DNA from: Planctomycetota bacterium
GTDB lineage: Bacteria > Planctomycetota > UBA1135 > GCA-002686595
Direction: 5' to 3'
Length of the DNA stretch: 64,000 nucleotides
Assembly: GCA_002686265.1 (NCBI GenBank)
Contig: NZBA01000042.1
Location: 10,363-74,362, forward strand
Made by a program: the position numbers and the translations under genes. A model generated the notes under the pieces. The model saw only the letters and a program-made list of their open reading frames with translations. It did not search any database and was not told where the DNA came from. Below, piece after piece: positions 1-10,076 of this stretch (position 1 is its first letter; every line of letters starts with the position of its first letter).

Positions 1-231
1 CGCGTTCCCGATGACTTCGACCTCGCCCTGCTCGATCTGGGGATGATGCCCCTCGACGGACTGCAGTTGATGCGTTGCCTGCGAGAGATCCGCCGCGACT
101 TCCCCGTCATCATCGCCTCTGGCAACACTCTCGCCGACTGCGCGCTTGCTGCGAACGTCGTCTGCATCGAGAAACCCTACCGCCTCAGTCAGCTGCGTGC
201 GGCCTTCGAGTGGGTTCACGCCCGGGCTTGA
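1..231 (+). CDS. Response regulator receiver domain, C-terminal fragment (5' end outside window)
   Basis: Frame 1 is open from base 1. Translation RVPDDFDLALLDLGMMPLDGLQLMRCLREIRRDFPVIIASG... shows the CheY-like DxxLLDxxMPxxDG phosphoacceptor region followed by the beta-strand plus SG motif. Confidence 0.7.
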   Translation, partial: RVPDDFDLALLDLGMMPLDGLQLMRCLREIRRDFPVIIASGNTLADCALAANVVCIEKPYRLSQLRAAFEWVHARA

Positions 232-238
232 GCACGCC

Positions 239-2428
239 TCAGCGGACGCGCTCGAGAAGCGGCGCCAGGGCGGGAGCGGAGGTGACGAACCGCTCGGTCG
301 CGGCGGGGTCGAGCGCCCAGGCCCCCCGCAGCTCGCTCTCCGCGGCGATCTGCTCGCCCAGCTTCAGCTGTGCCAGGGCCAGCAGGACGCGCGCCTTCAC
401 GTTGGTCCCATCGAGAGATTTCGCGCGCTCCAGGCAGGGCCGCGCCAGTTGCTGCTCGTTCGTCGCCACGTACAGCGCGCCCAGCTCGTACCAACCGAGG
501 GCCGAGCTTGGAGCGGCTTCCACGGCCTTGCGGCCGGCCGCGACCGCGGCCGGAGCGTTGCGCCGGAGGGTCTCGATGCGGCAGACACCCAGCCAAGCGG
601 GCGCGTGTCGCGGGTCGAGCTCCAGGGCCTTGCGGTAGGCGGCGAGCGCCGCCTCGGGATCGCCGGGCAGGTGAGCGAAGTCAGCCTGGCTCACCCACGG
701 GCGCGGGTCGTGCGGGTCGAATGCCTTGGCGAGCTCGAGGGAGGCGCGCCAGTCGCCGACGCCCAGTTGGCGCTCGAGGTCCGCGACCACCATGAAGTTG
801 TCGGCTCTACGACCTGCGAGAGTCAGGGAACCACGGTGGATGCGGAGGGCTTCGGCCTCGTCGTCCTGCTCGATCAGGATTGACGCCAGGGCATCGCGCA
901 GGGGGACGGCGGCGGGATTCTCGGCCACCGCGAGGCGATAGAGGGCCGCGGCCTCGTCGAGGCGCCCTGCGAGGCGTAGGCCCTCGGCCTTCTGCGCCCG
1001 GGCGATCTCCCTCACACGGTCCTTGGGGTCCGCTCGTTCCACTGGCTCGGGAGCCTCGTCTCCGCCGAGGACGTAGCCGAGGTCGGCGAGGGCGGCGCGC
1101 ACATCGGGATCGGCGCCGGGGCCGGTGAGGGGGCGGGCGTCGGCCTCCCTCGCGGGGAGCAGGGCGTCAAGGCGAGCATGGAGGTCGGCGGCGACATCGG
1201 GGCGGGCGCCACTCACTTCGGACCGCTCGCCGGGGTCGGCCTTCAGATCGTAGAGTTCCGGGCGCGGCGCGCGCACGTACCGCCAGGCCTCGTTACGCAG
1301 GGCGGTCAGGCGCGCCCAGCCGTAGCTGTAGTAGGGGAACATCGACTCGGAGTAGGCCTCGCGCGCCTCGAGCGGGGCCCCGTCGGGGCGAGTGAGGCGG
1401 GCCAGCGAGCGGCCGTCCGACCTCCCGGCGCCCTCGAACCCCAGCAGCTCCAGCACCGTCGGCGCGATGTCCACCGAACCGACGACCTGATCGACTCGAC
1501 GCCCGCGGTCAAGCCGACCGTGAGCCAGGATCAACGGTACGCGCGTCGTCGCGTCGTACAGGAACGTGTCGTGGGTGCGCTCGCCGTGCTCTCCGAGGGA
1601 CTCGCCGTGATCCGAGGTCACGACGACGAGCGTCTCCTCCCGCTGCTTCCGCTCCTCGAGCCAAGTCAGGAACCTGCCGAGCTCCGCGTCCACGTACGCC
1701 AGTTCCCCGTCATAGGGCGAGTTTGCGAAGCGCGCTCCCCAGGGCTCGGGCGCCGCGTAGTCGGAGTGTGGATCGAAGAGGTGGACCCAGAGGAACCAGC
1801 GCTCTCCGCCGCGCCGTTCCAGCCACGCGCGCGCCCGGCGCAGGGTGTCATCCGCACGCGTTTCACGGAAGCCGCTGGCGGTGTCGCCCTTGCCATGCGA
1901 GAGGTCGTCGTCGTAGGCGTCAAACCCCTGGTCCAGTCCGAAGCGCGAGTCGAGCACGAAGGCCGAGATCACAGCGCCGGTGGCGAAGCCCTCCGCCGAA
2001 AGGCGCTCGGCGAGCGTCGCGACCTCGGCGGGGAGGTGGTGTGTCCCGTTGCTGCGCGCGCCGTGGGAGTAGGGCTGCAGTCCGGTCAGGATCGTCGCGT
2101 GGGAGGGAAGTGTGATCGGCGCGGGCGTGATGCACTGTTCGAACAGGACTCCGTCCCGCGCCAGGGCGTCGAGGGTAGGAGTGCTCGCCGAGCCGTACCC
2201 GTAACAACCGATGCGGTCTGCGCGGGTCGTGTCCAGGGTCACGAGTAGCAGGTTTCGGGGCGAGTCGAGCCCGCGAACGGACCGGGGCTCCGTTGCGCCG
2301 GGTGGGCTCAGCCAGCCGCGGGCTCCGGCGAAACCGAGAGCCAAGGCGCCGAGGCAGATCACCGCGAGGAGCCGGGCGCGCGCGCCTCCGCGGTGCACCC
2401 GCGTCGGTCTCGTACCGCGGAGGATCAT
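239..2428 (-). CDS. Sulfatase-like (alkaline phosphatase superfamily) enzyme with C-terminal TPR repeats
   Basis: Start moved to MILRGTRP (ATG at 2428), followed by a hydrophobic signal/anchor LLAVICLGALALGF. Core motifs are LLLVTLDTTRADRIGCYGY, TPTLDALARDGVLF, ITLPSHATILTG and VVTSDHGESLGEHG. The C-terminal third is TPR-like (AAYRKALELDPRHAPAW). Confidence 0.8.
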   Translation of the reverse strand: MILRGTRPTRVHRGGARARLLAVICLGALALGFAGARGWLSPPGATEPRSVRGLDSPRNLLLVTLDTTRADRIGCYGYGSASTPTLDALARDGVLFEQCITPAPITLPSHATILTGLQPYSHGARSNGTHHLPAEVATLAERLSAEGFATGAVISAFVLDSRFGLDQGFDAYDDDLSHGKGDTASGFRETRADDTLRRARAWLERRGGERWFLWVHLFDPHSDYAAPEPWGARFANSPYDGELAYVDAELGRFLTWLEERKQREETLVVVTSDHGESLGEHGERTHDTFLYDATTRVPLILAHGRLDRGRRVDQVVGSVDIAPTVLELLGFEGAGRSDGRSLARLTRPDGAPLEAREAYSESMFPYYSYGWARLTALRNEAWRYVRAPRPELYDLKADPGERSEVSGARPDVAADLHARLDALLPAREADARPLTGPGADPDVRAALADLGYVLGGDEAPEPVERADPKDRVREIARAQKAEGLRLAGRLDEAAALYRLAVAENPAAVPLRDALASILIEQDDEAEALRIHRGSLTLAGRRADNFMVVADLERQLGVGDWRASLELAKAFDPHDPRPWVSQADFAHLPGDPEAALAAYRKALELDPRHAPAWLGVCRIETLRRNAPAAVAAGRKAVEAAPSSALGWYELGALYVATNEQQLARPCLERAKSLDGTNVKARVLLALAQLKLGEQIAAESELRGAWALDPAATERFVTSAPALAPLLERVR

Positions 2429-2621
2429 CGCTCGCTCCTGGATCGAAGTGGGCGGAGACCTCCCTGGGCGAGCAGGACGGAGAGGAAGAGGGGCACCGTG
2501 TAGCCGACCCTCCAAGTCAGAGCGCCAGTGGAGGGCTCGAAGGTGGCGAGGAAACCGCAGATCGAGAGGGGAGACGGCAAGTCCGCCGCGATGGCGAGCC
2601 CCGTGTGAGGGGCGGCAGTTG

Positions 2622-5600
2622 TCAACGCTCGTCCTCACCTGCGGTCGAGCGCAGGTAGGCCAGGAGATCGAGGATCTCGTCTTGGTCGAGGGTGACCAGC
2701 AGCCCGGTCGGCATGGGCGAGAGGGGGGTCACGCGTCGAGACTCGATCTCCTCGACGTCCACGACGGTCACGCGCTCGGGTTCCTGGAGGTCCTGGAGCA
2801 CCCGGAGCTCGGCATCATCATCCGCGAGGACACGCCCGATCACGCTCGATCCGTCCCACAGACGGATGTAGTGGGCCTCGTATCCCTCGAGGATCTCCAG
2901 CGAGGGCTCGATGATGTGCCTGAGGTGTTCGGCGGCCTCGTACTTCGCGGCCGTTTGTGAGAGATCGGGACCTCCCGCCGTTCCCTCGCCGCCGAATGCG
3001 TGGCACTTGATGCAGCCGGTGTCGGCGAACAGGCTCCGCCCTCGTTCTGAGGAGCGCCCCGCCGCCCAGTCGCCCTCGATGAGGGGCAGCAGGTCATCGG
3101 TGTTCCAATCGTGGACGAACTCGCGCGTGGGTGTGGGAGGCGCTTGTGTTTCTCGCCGCGTCACCACGTGATCCCCCGTCAGCTCCTCCACGACGTGCAT
3201 CACGCCGTTCATCACCGCCCAGTGGCCCGGAAACGTGCAGACGAACGGGTAGTCGCCGGGGGTCGTGGGGGCGACGAAACTCAACCGCTCGAACTCGCCG
3301 GGATTCAACAGGCCCGTGTACCACAGGACCTCGTCGGTCTCGGGGATGAAGCCTCGGCTCCCGTCCCCGGTCAGTGCCTCCGCCGCTCGGCCGACGCGCT
3401 CCAACGCACCGGTGGCGGTGATGACCAGGTTGTGGGGCATCAGATCGTTGTTCTGGAACAGCACCGCGACCGGCTCGCCGGCGTCAACCCAGAACTCGGT
3501 CAAGTCGTAGAGCATGCGGTGGGGGAGCGTGCGGATCAAGACGATCGATCCCCCCAAGCCGGCGAGCTGCGAATGGGCCGTGTCGGCTTGCGCCGCCGGC
3601 AGGGCGTCGGCCAGCTCCCGGCCGAGCTCGAGCGCAGCCACGACGTCGGGGCGGGTTCGTTCCCGCGCGTCCAGCCCGGCGACGTAGGCGGCGATGGCGT
3701 CCACGCCGGAGCGCACCCCCTTGGTGGAAACTCGTTCGACCCTCACCCCGTCCAGCAGCTCGATCGCTTCGCCGAGCAGTGTGCCCTCGCCGATCAAGTG
3801 TGCGGTGTCGCTGAACTTCTCCTCCTCGTGGCCGGGAACGTGCGCCATGGCCCGAATGGCCGCCGAGCGCACTCTGCGCGAGCCGTCGCCGCCCAAGGCC
3901 TCGTCGGGGATCGGGCGCTTGGAGAACCCCGGGCCCTCCCAGGCGACGGAAAGGTGCTGTGCGCCGCCACGCTCGTAGAAGGTGACCACGATCGGGTGGC
4001 GGCCCGCCTCGAGCTCGATCGAACCGCTGCGCTCCGCGATGCCGTGATCGCCGTCGTTGTTCACGACGCAGGTGCGATCGATGTACAAGCGCGAGCCGTC
4101 ATCCGAGCGCGTGCTGAAGGTGTAGCGCCCGCTGACGGGGACGCGCAGGATGCCCTCGAAGCGCAGTCCGTAGGAATCGCTGCGCCCGTTGATCGGGAGC
4201 TCGTGGGTGACCTTCGGTGCGCGGAACAGCTTCGTCGCCGTGAGGTTCGCAAAGGTCTCGAGCTGCGCGTCACGAGGCGCGGGCTCGAAGGCGGCGACCG
4301 CCAGGCCCGGCTCTCCGCGGACCTGTCCGCCCTCGTCGCGGGCGAGGGCCGGCGGCAGGGCGAACATCAACGGGCGGATTCTCCCGTAGAGCTCCGTGCG
4401 GAGCTCGGGGTCCGCGACCAAGCCGACGCCGCCGAGGATCGACTGTAGACCGTCGCGCGAGCGGGCTGCTTTCGTCCAGAGCACGTCAAAGGTCCCATCC
4501 AGCGTAACCAGCGCCGCACTGGCCAGCTCGCGTGTGAGGTCGTTGTGTCCCCGCTCAGTGAGTTCCTCCAGGGCGGGGCGCAAGCTGTCGGAGAGTCTGG
4601 TCGTGAGCAGCTCACCGAGCCCGCGGAGGACGTGCGCCGCGTGCGCGCCCTGGGAGCGATCGACGACCCCGATGGCCGCGAGGATCTCCCCGCCGACGCT
4701 GGTGCCGCGCTCGCGTGCCAGCTCGGCGGCGGCCTCCAAGCGCAGCTCCTCCTCGACGCCGTGGCGCGTGAGCAGCGCCTGGAGCACCGCCTGGACACGC
4801 GGGAGGCGCAGGAGCTCCTCGGGGCCGACCCGCTCCAGGAGGTACTCGATCCCGGCGGGATTGTCGCTGACGAGGGGACGACCCTCGGCCAGGGCCTCTC
4901 GCCAGTGGACCTCGAGGGCACGCATCGTCTCGCGCAAGGCGTAATCGAGGAAGCGGTCGGTGGGGTGTCGCAGGGCCTCCAATGCCGCGCCCGCGGCCTC
5001 GCTCGACTGGAACGCGCTGGCGGCCACCACGGCCTCGAGCCTCACCCTGGGGTGCTCGTCGCCCGCCTGGACGTGCAGCAGCTCCACGGCGTCGGTCACT
5101 TGTCCGCGCATGGCACGCAAGACGCGGGTCGCCGCGGCCCGCGCGCGCGGGTCCTCGGCTCGCAGGCAGCGCACGAGCAGCTCGCGATCCATGCGGTCGT
5201 GCTGCTGGTGGAGCCAGAGAGCTTCGAGTAGATCGTGCTCGTAGCCGGGGGCGGTATCGTCGCGCTCCGCCGCCCACCCCGCGGCCGCGCGGACGACTTC
5301 GTCTGAGTCGTGGCGGGAGAGCTCGATCCGTGTTCGATAGCGCACACGATCAGCGGGCGAGCCCAACAACGCCAGCAGGGCTTCGATCCCCTGTCCCGCG
5401 ATGGCGGGCGGTGTGGAGAGAGGCCGGTCTTCGTAGGTCACGCGGTAGACCCGTCCGTGCTCCGCGTCGCGGCTGGGATCGCGCAGGTGGTGTTGGAGGT
5501 GGCCGATGATCGGGTTGTGCCAGTCCAGGAAGTAGATCGCGCCGTCGGGTCCCATCTCCACGTCCGCCGGGCGAAAGTTGGGGTCGGAGCTCTGTACGAT

Positions 5601-7589
5601 CGGGTCCACCTCGACCGCCGAGAAGCCGGATCCGTCGTCGACGATCTCGTACTGGAAGATCCCCTGGAACCCGATCACGTTGCAGACTAGGTAGTTGCCC
5701 TGCAGTTCCACAGGGAAGTGCTCGCTGGAGAGGATTTCCGTCGCGGCGCAGGGGCGGCTGCGTTGCTTGAAGAACGGGAAGTAGCCCGAGTGCTTGGCGG
5801 GGTGGGCGATAAACCCCGAGAAGGGCAGGGCGTAGTAATTGACGTTGCCCGTGCCGTCGGTGACGAAGTCCTGGCCCCAGCGGTCGAAGACGTGCCCGTG
5901 GGGGTTCGCGAAGTTGTAGGGCACGTAGCGCTCCACTCGCCAAGTGCGCGGCTCGAAGCGCCAGACGCAGCCGTCGTTGTTGTGCATCGGCCCGTGGATC
6001 GTCTCGATCTGGGAGCGGTGGAAGGTGCCCTCTTGGAAGTAGAGCGCGCCGTCGGGCCCGAGGACGAAGCTATTGGCGGAGTGGTGCGTGTCCCCCGAGC
6101 TGATCCCGTGCAACAGTCGCTTGCGGACATCCGCGCGCCCGTCCCCGTCGGTGTCGGCGAGGTACAACAGGTCGGGGATGGCCGCGACGATCACGCCGCC
6201 GTCGTAGAACTCGAATCCGGTCGGGTTGTGGAGGTCATCGGCGAAGGCCTCGCAGATGTCCGCCCGCCCGTCTCCGTCCGTGTCCTCGAGCACCAGGAGC
6301 TTGTCGTTCAGCGGCTGATCCGGCCGCCAGTGCGGGTAGGTCGGCCAGGCCGCGACCCACAGGCGATTACGATTGTCGAAGGCCATCTGCACCGGGTTGA
6401 CGAGCTCTGGGAAGCGGCTCTCGTCGGCGAAGAGATCGACCCGCATGTGGGGCGCCACGGTCATCCGCTTGCGCGCTTCGTCAGCGTCGAGGAACGGAAA
6501 AGCCCCGTCGGGTCCTGGACCGGGCTTGTTGGTCTGCACCGCGATCAGGGCAGGCAGTTCGACTTCGTCGCCGGAGGCCGCGCCGCCTTCCGCCATGGAG
6601 TGAATGAGCCGATCGTCACGGTCCGCCATCGCGTCGAGGACCGTCATTTCCTGCTGCATCACCTCGTAGTTCGTCAGGCGCGGAACGTCTGGCAGGCTGT
6701 TGCCGCGCGGGTAGCGCTCGCGCGAACGACCGCCGTAGACGTTGTAGCCGTCAGTGGCGCGGTAGTGATTGAACCACAGGAGGTTCTTGGCGATCACCGC
6801 TTCGCGCACGCGCCCCTCGAGTTGTGCGTCGTCTCGGGCGTTCCTTGCCGGTGCGATGCGGGCCGCGATGATCTCCGCCAGTGCCTCGTTTCCACGCGAG
6901 GTGAGGTGGATGCCGTTGATCGTGAGGGGCGTGTCGCTCGCGGCGTAGCGCTCATTCATGGGCCCGTAAAGGTCCACGAATCCAACGCCGCGCTCGGCGG
7001 CGACCGCCGCCGTGACGGCGTTGTACAGTTCGAGGCGGCGGTTGTGGTCGGCGCCGTCGGGCAGGCTGTCGTTTCCGAGATCCTCGAAGGGGATCGAAGA
7101 GAGGAGGACCAGGAGCGGCGCGCCCTCGCCGTTGTAGCGCTGCTCGGCGACGTGGTCGACGAAAGTCTCGAGGTCATCCCGGAAGCGCTCCAAGCCCGCC
7201 TCTCCCGCGAAGGACTCGTTGTAGCCGAAGAAGGCGAAGAGCACGTCCGCGTCGCAGTGGCTGAGGAAGCGGTCCCAGACGAGGAATCGCTCGTTCGGCA
7301 GATTCAGCTCCAGATCGTCCTCGGGGAGCTTCCCGAAGTTCATCATCCGCCGGTGCACGGAGAGCTCGTCGCCGGAGAATCCGAGGTTGCGGAAGGAGAG
7401 CTCGTGTTCGGGCAGGCGCAGCTGAAGCAGCGTCTCCAGCCAGCCGTCGTGCTGCATTCGCTCCGCGAGCGCGGTGCCCAGAAGGCAAACGCGATCGCCT
7501 CGATCGAGTTCGATGGGCACCGCACCGCCATCGGGAACGGGGAGCGGGGCGATGGCTAGGAGCAGGGTCGGCAGCGAGGGCGTCGGCAT
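2622..7589 (-). CDS. Giant multidomain PVC-type heme-binding dehydrogenase-like protein (SGNH/GDSL-like, beta-propeller, HEAT repeats, PA14, cupredoxin, cytochrome c)
   Basis: 1655-aa ORF. N-terminal SGNH-like region (FRNLGFSGDEL, FAFFGYNES). Propeller region with FCVG-type DTDGDGRAD repeats. HEAT-like helical region. PA14-like GLRFEGILRVPVSGRYTFSTRSDDGSRLYID. Azurin-like Cu site GDYPFVCTFPGHWAVMNGVM. C-terminal heme motif CIKCH. Confidence 0.85.
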   Translation of the reverse strand: MPTPSLPTLLLAIAPLPVPDGGAVPIELDRGDRVCLLGTALAERMQHDGWLETLLQLRLPEHELSFRNLGFSGDELSVHRRMMNFGKLPEDDLELNLPNERFLVWDRFLSHCDADVLFAFFGYNESFAGEAGLERFRDDLETFVDHVAEQRYNGEGAPLLVLLSSIPFEDLGNDSLPDGADHNRRLELYNAVTAAVAAERGVGFVDLYGPMNERYAASDTPLTINGIHLTSRGNEALAEIIAARIAPARNARDDAQLEGRVREAVIAKNLLWFNHYRATDGYNVYGGRSRERYPRGNSLPDVPRLTNYEVMQQEMTVLDAMADRDDRLIHSMAEGGAASGDEVELPALIAVQTNKPGPGPDGAFPFLDADEARKRMTVAPHMRVDLFADESRFPELVNPVQMAFDNRNRLWVAAWPTYPHWRPDQPLNDKLLVLEDTDGDGRADICEAFADDLHNPTGFEFYDGGVIVAAIPDLLYLADTDGDGRADVRKRLLHGISSGDTHHSANSFVLGPDGALYFQEGTFHRSQIETIHGPMHNNDGCVWRFEPRTWRVERYVPYNFANPHGHVFDRWGQDFVTDGTGNVNYYALPFSGFIAHPAKHSGYFPFFKQRSRPCAATEILSSEHFPVELQGNYLVCNVIGFQGIFQYEIVDDGSGFSAVEVDPIVQSSDPNFRPADVEMGPDGAIYFLDWHNPIIGHLQHHLRDPSRDAEHGRVYRVTYEDRPLSTPPAIAGQGIEALLALLGSPADRVRYRTRIELSRHDSDEVVRAAAGWAAERDDTAPGYEHDLLEALWLHQQHDRMDRELLVRCLRAEDPRARAAATRVLRAMRGQVTDAVELLHVQAGDEHPRVRLEAVVAASAFQSSEAAGAALEALRHPTDRFLDYALRETMRALEVHWREALAEGRPLVSDNPAGIEYLLERVGPEELLRLPRVQAVLQALLTRHGVEEELRLEAAAELARERGTSVGGEILAAIGVVDRSQGAHAAHVLRGLGELLTTRLSDSLRPALEELTERGHNDLTRELASAALVTLDGTFDVLWTKAARSRDGLQSILGGVGLVADPELRTELYGRIRPLMFALPPALARDEGGQVRGEPGLAVAAFEPAPRDAQLETFANLTATKLFRAPKVTHELPINGRSDSYGLRFEGILRVPVSGRYTFSTRSDDGSRLYIDRTCVVNNDGDHGIAERSGSIELEAGRHPIVVTFYERGGAQHLSVAWEGPGFSKRPIPDEALGGDGSRRVRSAAIRAMAHVPGHEEEKFSDTAHLIGEGTLLGEAIELLDGVRVERVSTKGVRSGVDAIAAYVAGLDARERTRPDVVAALELGRELADALPAAQADTAHSQLAGLGGSIVLIRTLPHRMLYDLTEFWVDAGEPVAVLFQNNDLMPHNLVITATGALERVGRAAEALTGDGSRGFIPETDEVLWYTGLLNPGEFERLSFVAPTTPGDYPFVCTFPGHWAVMNGVMHVVEELTGDHVVTRRETQAPPTPTREFVHDWNTDDLLPLIEGDWAAGRSSERGRSLFADTGCIKCHAFGGEGTAGGPDLSQTAAKYEAAEHLRHIIEPSLEILEGYEAHYIRLWDGSSVIGRVLADDDAELRVLQDLQEPERVTVVDVEEIESRRVTPLSPMPTGLLVTLDQDEILDLLAYLRSTAGEDER

Positions 7590-7682
7590 GGGTGAGACGG
7601 CGGCGGGGAGGGCGATGGAGTGCGCTGGGCGGTTCAGAGTAGCGCTTTCCCTACTACGTGGCTCACCCCTAGCACTCTCTGC

Positions 7683-10076
7683 TCACCGAATCCCAAAGCA
7701 GAAAAGGCGCTCCCGGGTGCGCAGCCAGATGCGGCCGTCTTCGAGGGCCGGCGTGGCGTGGCACAGCTCGCCGAACTCGGCCCGGTGCAGAACGGCGAGT
7801 TCCCTGCCGCACTTCAGTACCGAGAGGATGCCCGACTCGCTCAGCAGGTAGACCTTGTCGTCCGCGGCGACCGGAGATGCGAAGTAGTCGTCGATCCCTT
7901 CCGCCAGACGCTCGCGTCCGAACCGCTCTCCCGTGTCGGGATCGATGAGCGTCAGTAACCCGCCCTGGTCGCTCAGCATGTAGTAGACGCCGCCGTGGAC
8001 CAAGGGAGACGGTAGCTGAGGCGGGGAGCGGTAGGCGCGCCAGCGCACGCCGCTTGCGGTCAGGTCCCCGCTGCCGCCTAGCCGGATCGCCATGGCGCAG
8101 TTCGCGGAGGTGAAGAAGGCGCGCGTGAGCTCCCACTCGTGCGCGTCGAGCCCCCCGTCCCCGTCGAGGTCGATGAAGCGGAAGGAGTCTGCCACCTTCG
8201 GCTCGCTGATCTCGTCAGCGGAGAGCTGTCCGTCGCCGTTCGCGTCCATCTCTCCGACAGCCCGCGCGAAGGCTGCGAGCTCGATCTGGTTGCCGTGGTC
8301 GTTCAGCGGCAAGGAGTAGCCGTGGACCCAGACCGTGTCGTTCAGCACAACCGGGACGGACTTCATCTCCGCCGGCAGGCCGTTCACCCACCAGCGCCGC
8401 TCGCCCGTCGTGAGGTCGTAGGCGTCGAGTTGGAAGGACCCCGCCACCAGGACCTCCGTGTCCGCCCCTGCGCGCGTGTAGAGGGCCGGCGTGCAGTGCC
8501 CGCTGACCGCTCGGGGGCGTTCCTGTCTCCAGAGCTCGCGGCCATCTTCCTCCGCGAGGGCGACGACGAAGGAGCCCCTCGTCTGGTCGCAGGCGATGAC
8601 GACCGCGCCTTCGTGCAGGATCGGCGAGGCGCCCATGCCGTAGATGTTCACGAAAGGGCCCATGGGCACGCGCCAGCGCTCGGCGCCGTCGTGGTCGTAG
8701 GCCAGGACGCCGAACTCGTCGAAGAAGACCACGATCGTCTCCTCCCCCGCGGTGGCGCTCGCGGCCGCCGGCCCGTTCTTGGAGTGGAAGCTCGTGCGCC
8801 GCGGGCGCGGGGCCTCGCGCCGCCAGCGCGTCTCGCCCGTCTCGCGGTCGAGCGCGTAGGTGAACAGGCGCTCCTCCGCGACACCCGTCAGCACCACGAG
8901 ATCGCGGGTCAGGACGGGCGAGGAGCGCCCCACGGCCAGTGGGCGCTCCCAGACCACGTTCGTCTGTGGGCCGAGGGCCTGAGGGAAAGGGCCGCCCTGG
9001 GCGACGCCTGTGCCGTTGGGTCCGCGGAAGCCGTTCCACGCGGCCCGGCGACCACGACTGCGATCGAGGCGCGCGAGTCGCCCACCGGCGCCGGCGGCCC
9101 ACGCCGTTCCGTCCGGCGCGCACGAGACCGCGTGGAAGCCGAGCTCGGAGAAGCGGCGCCAGGAGTCTCCGCCGTCGGTGGACACGTCGCTCCCAGTGGG
9201 GCCGACGGCGACCAGCGTCGGTCCCGGACGCCCGGCGAGGAGCTCGACGCAGGAGCGGTAGCCGCAAGGCGGCGCACCGCCGGTGGCGCACCAACTCGCG
9301 CCACCGTCGTCGCTGACGGCGATGTTCGCCCGGCGCAGGTCCTCGCGCGTGTAGTCGCCGCCGACGGCGATGAGGCGATCCCGCGGGCCGATCGCGAGGG
9401 AGTAGATGCCCGTCGATTTCGTCTCCGAGAGCACGGGCGTTCGGGCGGCTGTCCAACTCGCGCCACCGTCTCTCGTGCGCAGGACGCGGGCGCCGTGGGG
9501 GCCGCCCAAGCCGATCCAGGCCTCCGCGCTCCCGCGCACGCGCAGGCTGCTGCCGCTGGCCGCGAAGCCGGCCTCGCCCTCGGGTGAGACGGGCAGCGCC
9601 CCCGGCTCGACCGAGCGCCAGCTCCGGCCTCCATCTTCGGTCACGACGACCGCCACCCGACCGTCGATCGGATCACTGAAGGCCAGCCCCCGCTGCTCGT
9701 CCCAGAAGGCCATCCCGTCGAAGAACGCCGCCTCGTCGTCGTGCTCGAAAGCCCGCGCCCAGCTGGCCCCGCCGTCCTTCGTGCGGCAGATCCGTGCCGG
9801 CTGGCCCGCACTCACGACGACCGCCGTTTCGGCGTCGAAGGCATGGATGTCCCGCCAGTCCAGGGACTCGTCCCCGGGGATCGCACAGCGCTCCCAGTGC
9901 ACCCCGTCGACGGTACGCAGGATTGTGCCGTCGGCGCCGCTGGCCCAGCACACCCGCTCGTTCACAGCGCATAGGCCGCGCAGGCTGGCTTCACAGCCAC
10001 TCTCCTGAGGCGTCCAGACGAGAGTCTCGCCGGGCGCGGCGATAGACAGGAGCAGCAGGGATGCTCGGAGGTTCAT
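7683..10076 (-). CDS. Secreted fusion: BNR/Ycf48-like propeller, PQQ/BamB-like propeller and two EF-hands
   Basis: Signal-like N-terminus MNLRASLLLLSIAAPG. Repeated xTxDGGxSW motifs (TKDGGASW, TEDGGRSW, TRDGGASW, SDDGGASW, STDGGDSW). Then PQQ-like repeats (ETGETRWR, DGRELWR, TGERRWW). EF-hand loops DANGDGQLSADE and DLDGDGGLDAHE. Confidence 0.75.
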   Translation of the reverse strand: MNLRASLLLLSIAAPGETLVWTPQESGCEASLRGLCAVNERVCWASGADGTILRTVDGVHWERCAIPGDESLDWRDIHAFDAETAVVVSAGQPARICRTKDGGASWARAFEHDDEAAFFDGMAFWDEQRGLAFSDPIDGRVAVVVTEDGGRSWRSVEPGALPVSPEGEAGFAASGSSLRVRGSAEAWIGLGGPHGARVLRTRDGGASWTAARTPVLSETKSTGIYSLAIGPRDRLIAVGGDYTREDLRRANIAVSDDGGASWCATGGAPPCGYRSCVELLAGRPGPTLVAVGPTGSDVSTDGGDSWRRFSELGFHAVSCAPDGTAWAAGAGGRLARLDRSRGRRAAWNGFRGPNGTGVAQGGPFPQALGPQTNVVWERPLAVGRSSPVLTRDLVVLTGVAEERLFTYALDRETGETRWRREAPRPRRTSFHSKNGPAAASATAGEETIVVFFDEFGVLAYDHDGAERWRVPMGPFVNIYGMGASPILHEGAVVIACDQTRGSFVVALAEEDGRELWRQERPRAVSGHCTPALYTRAGADTEVLVAGSFQLDAYDLTTGERRWWVNGLPAEMKSVPVVLNDTVWVHGYSLPLNDHGNQIELAAFARAVGEMDANGDGQLSADEISEPKVADSFRFIDLDGDGGLDAHEWELTRAFFTSANCAMAIRLGGSGDLTASGVRWRAYRSPPQLPSPLVHGGVYYMLSDQGGLLTLIDPDTGERFGRERLAEGIDDYFASPVAADDKVYLLSESGILSVLKCGRELAVLHRAEFGELCHATPALEDGRIWLRTRERLFCFGIR

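Noticed and set aside
5718-7559. 613-aa plus-strand ORF inside the giant dehydrogenase gene. Similar shadow ORFs occur at 3111..4448, 30007..31653, 44429..46000, 45876..47117, 47440..48633, 49543..51873, 52335..54605, 54148..55773 and 26895..28340.
   Set aside because: Each lies opposite, or out of frame with, a gene that has strong family motifs. Translations are low-complexity (V/G/A/R/E/D-rich) without motifs. Long stop-free antisense frames are expected at about 70 percent GC.
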